Shown here piece by piece: positions 30,816 through 32,000 of a stretch of DNA of 32,000 nucleotides. The notes beneath the pieces were generated by a model. It worked only from the letters and a program-made list of their open reading frames with translations. It made no database searches and was not told the origin of the DNA. The stretch covers positions 60,001 to 92,000 of the forward strand of contig JAITBP010000007.1 of NCBI GenBank assembly GCA_031283585.1, in the 5' to 3' direction. A program made the position numbers and the translations under genes. Source of the stretch: Puniceicoccales bacterium. Lineage in GTDB: Bacteria; Verrucomicrobiota; Verrucomicrobiia; Opitutales; LL51. Numbering within the stretch: position 1 is the stretch's first letter; the number at the start of each line of letters is the position of its first letter.

Positions 30816-31817
30816 ATGATTAAGCGTCTGGGTAAGTTTGAGTTGCCGAAAAAGTTGACCAAAGTTGATGGGACAGCCACGGATACCTATTCAATGTATG
30901 TGGCAGAACCGTTTGAGTCAGGCTATGGACATAGTATAGGTAACTCCTTGAGGCGGATACTGTTAAATTCCATAGAAGGGGCTGCAGTTTCGTCGATAAG
31001 GATAGCTGGTGTTCAGCATGAATATCAGAGTATGCCGGGCGTGGTCGAAGACGTCATCGACATAGTGCTTAATCTGAAGAAGGTTTTATTCAAAAGCGCA
31101 ACGAATAACCCGCCGCCATTGCAAATAGATGTTGATAGAGAAGGAGTTGTGTTGGCATCTGATATAATTTGCCCCGATGGTGTTACGGTTATAAATCCAG
31201 ATCAATTGATATGCACAATAAACAGTAAGCGTAAGCTACACATAACCATGGAGGTCAAAGTTGGCCGAGGCTATTTTATCGCCGATGACAATAAAAAACC
31301 CGACCAGGATATTGGTGTTATTCCGATAGATTCGCTTTTTAGTCCGGTGAAGCTTGCAAGATATTACGTTGAAGACACGCGGGTGGGCCAGGTGACCGAC
31401 TTTGATAAATTGATTTTGGAAATTTGGACCGATGGCAGGATTTCGCCGGACAATGCGCTAAAGGATTCTGTCGCAATAATGAAGCGACACCTGGAGGTCT
31501 TTGACAACATAACCGACGACATTATTGAGTTTGATTCGGCGGCCAGAGAAGTGACCGAGGAACAAAATAAGCTGCGTGTACTGTTGAATATGAGTGTCAA
31601 CGAGATAGAGTTGTCGGTGCGAGCGGCAAATTGTTTAAACAACGCAAACATTACGACCGTCGGTGAGTTGGCGATGAAATCCGAAGCTGAAATGCTACGC
31701 TACAGAAATTTTGGTAAAAAATCACTCAATGAAATCAAGCATAAATTGGAGGAATTGGGGTTATCTCTTGGTATCAAGATCGATGAGCGGCTTCTCGACA
31801 ATCCAATCAACAATTAA
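30816..31817 (+). CDS. rpoA: DNA-directed RNA polymerase alpha subunit
   Basis: N-terminal domain (G.G.S.GN.LRR.LL.S..GAAV....I.GV.HE....PGV.EDV..I.LNLK) and C-terminal domain with a helix-hairpin-helix (ELSVRA.NCL....I.T.GEL......E.L...NFG.KSL.EI...L). Confidence 0.97.
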   Translation: MIKRLGKFELPKKLTKVDGTATDTYSMYVAEPFESGYGHSIGNSLRRILLNSIEGAAVSSIRIAGVQHEYQSMPGVVEDVIDIVLNLKKVLFKSATNNPPPLQIDVDREGVVLASDIICPDGVTVINPDQLICTINSKRKLHITMEVKVGRGYFIADDNKKPDQDIGVIPIDSLFSPVKLARYYVEDTRVGQVTDFDKLILEIWTDGRISPDNALKDSVAIMKRHLEVFDNITDDIIEFDSAAREVTEEQNKLRVLLNMSVNEIELSVRAANCLNNANITTVGELAMKSEAEMLRYRNFGKKSLNEIKHKLEELGLSLGIKIDERLLDNPINN

Positions 31818-31834
31818 TACGGAAAGGAGTTTTG

Positions 31835-32000
31835 ATGCGTCACGGCAAACATAAGTACTTATTAGGCAGGAAGAAAGAGCACAGAAAGGCTTTGATGGCA
31901 AATTTGGCAACAGCTTTTTTCAACCATGGTAAAATAACGACGACTTTAGCTAAAGCGAAGGCATTGCGGCCTTTTGCCGAAAAAATAATAACCCTGGCGA
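31835..32000 (+). CDS. rplQ: 50S ribosomal protein L17, 5' fragment that runs off the right edge
   Basis: [55 protein letters not shown] matches the L17 N-terminus. AAGGAG Shine-Dalgarno at 31824..31829. Confidence 0.93.
   Translation, partial: MRHGKHKYLLGRKKEHRKALMANLATAFFNHGKITTTLAKAKALRPFAEKIITLA

Overview
The window is almost entirely one co-directional (+ strand) block of core transcription and translation genes. I found no mobile element, CRISPR array, defence or toxin gene, or unexplained multi-gene cassette, so I cannot support a claim of a novel biological system here.

Gene order:
- comM/yifB
- tRNA-Thr(GGU), tuf, tRNA-Trp(CCA), secE, nusG, rplK, rplA, rplJ, rplL, rpoB, rpoC
- rpsL, rpsG, fusA
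- S10 cluster: rpsJ, rplC, rplD, rplW, rplB, rpsS, rplV, rpsC, rplP, rpmC, rpsQ
- spc cluster: rplN, rplX, rplE, rpsN, rpsH, rplF, rplR, rpsE, rplO, secY, map
- alpha cluster: rpsM, rpsK, rpsD, rpoA, and the 5' end of rplQ

All long minus-strand ORFs in the track are antisense shadows of these genes. Several + strand ORF-track starts are upstream TTG/GTG extensions, and I moved those to the adjacent ATG.

What stands out is lineage-specific oddity inside otherwise canonical genes:
- a near-perfect in-frame 3 x 42-bp tandem repeat in fusA
- a degenerate 18-bp repeat expansion and a rewritten switch-I motif in tuf
- a roughly 50-aa C-terminal extension of SecY with an extra hydrophobic helix
- a Cys-Cys-Cys replacement of the conserved GFEGGQ motif in L15
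- an acidic N-terminal extension on S11
- absence of rpmD, adk, infA and rpmJ from their usual slots

The gene order (tuf next to secE rather than after fusA) and the EF-Tu signature suggest a moderately AT-rich PVC/Planctomycetota-like bacterium. That placement is inference from memory, not a database result.
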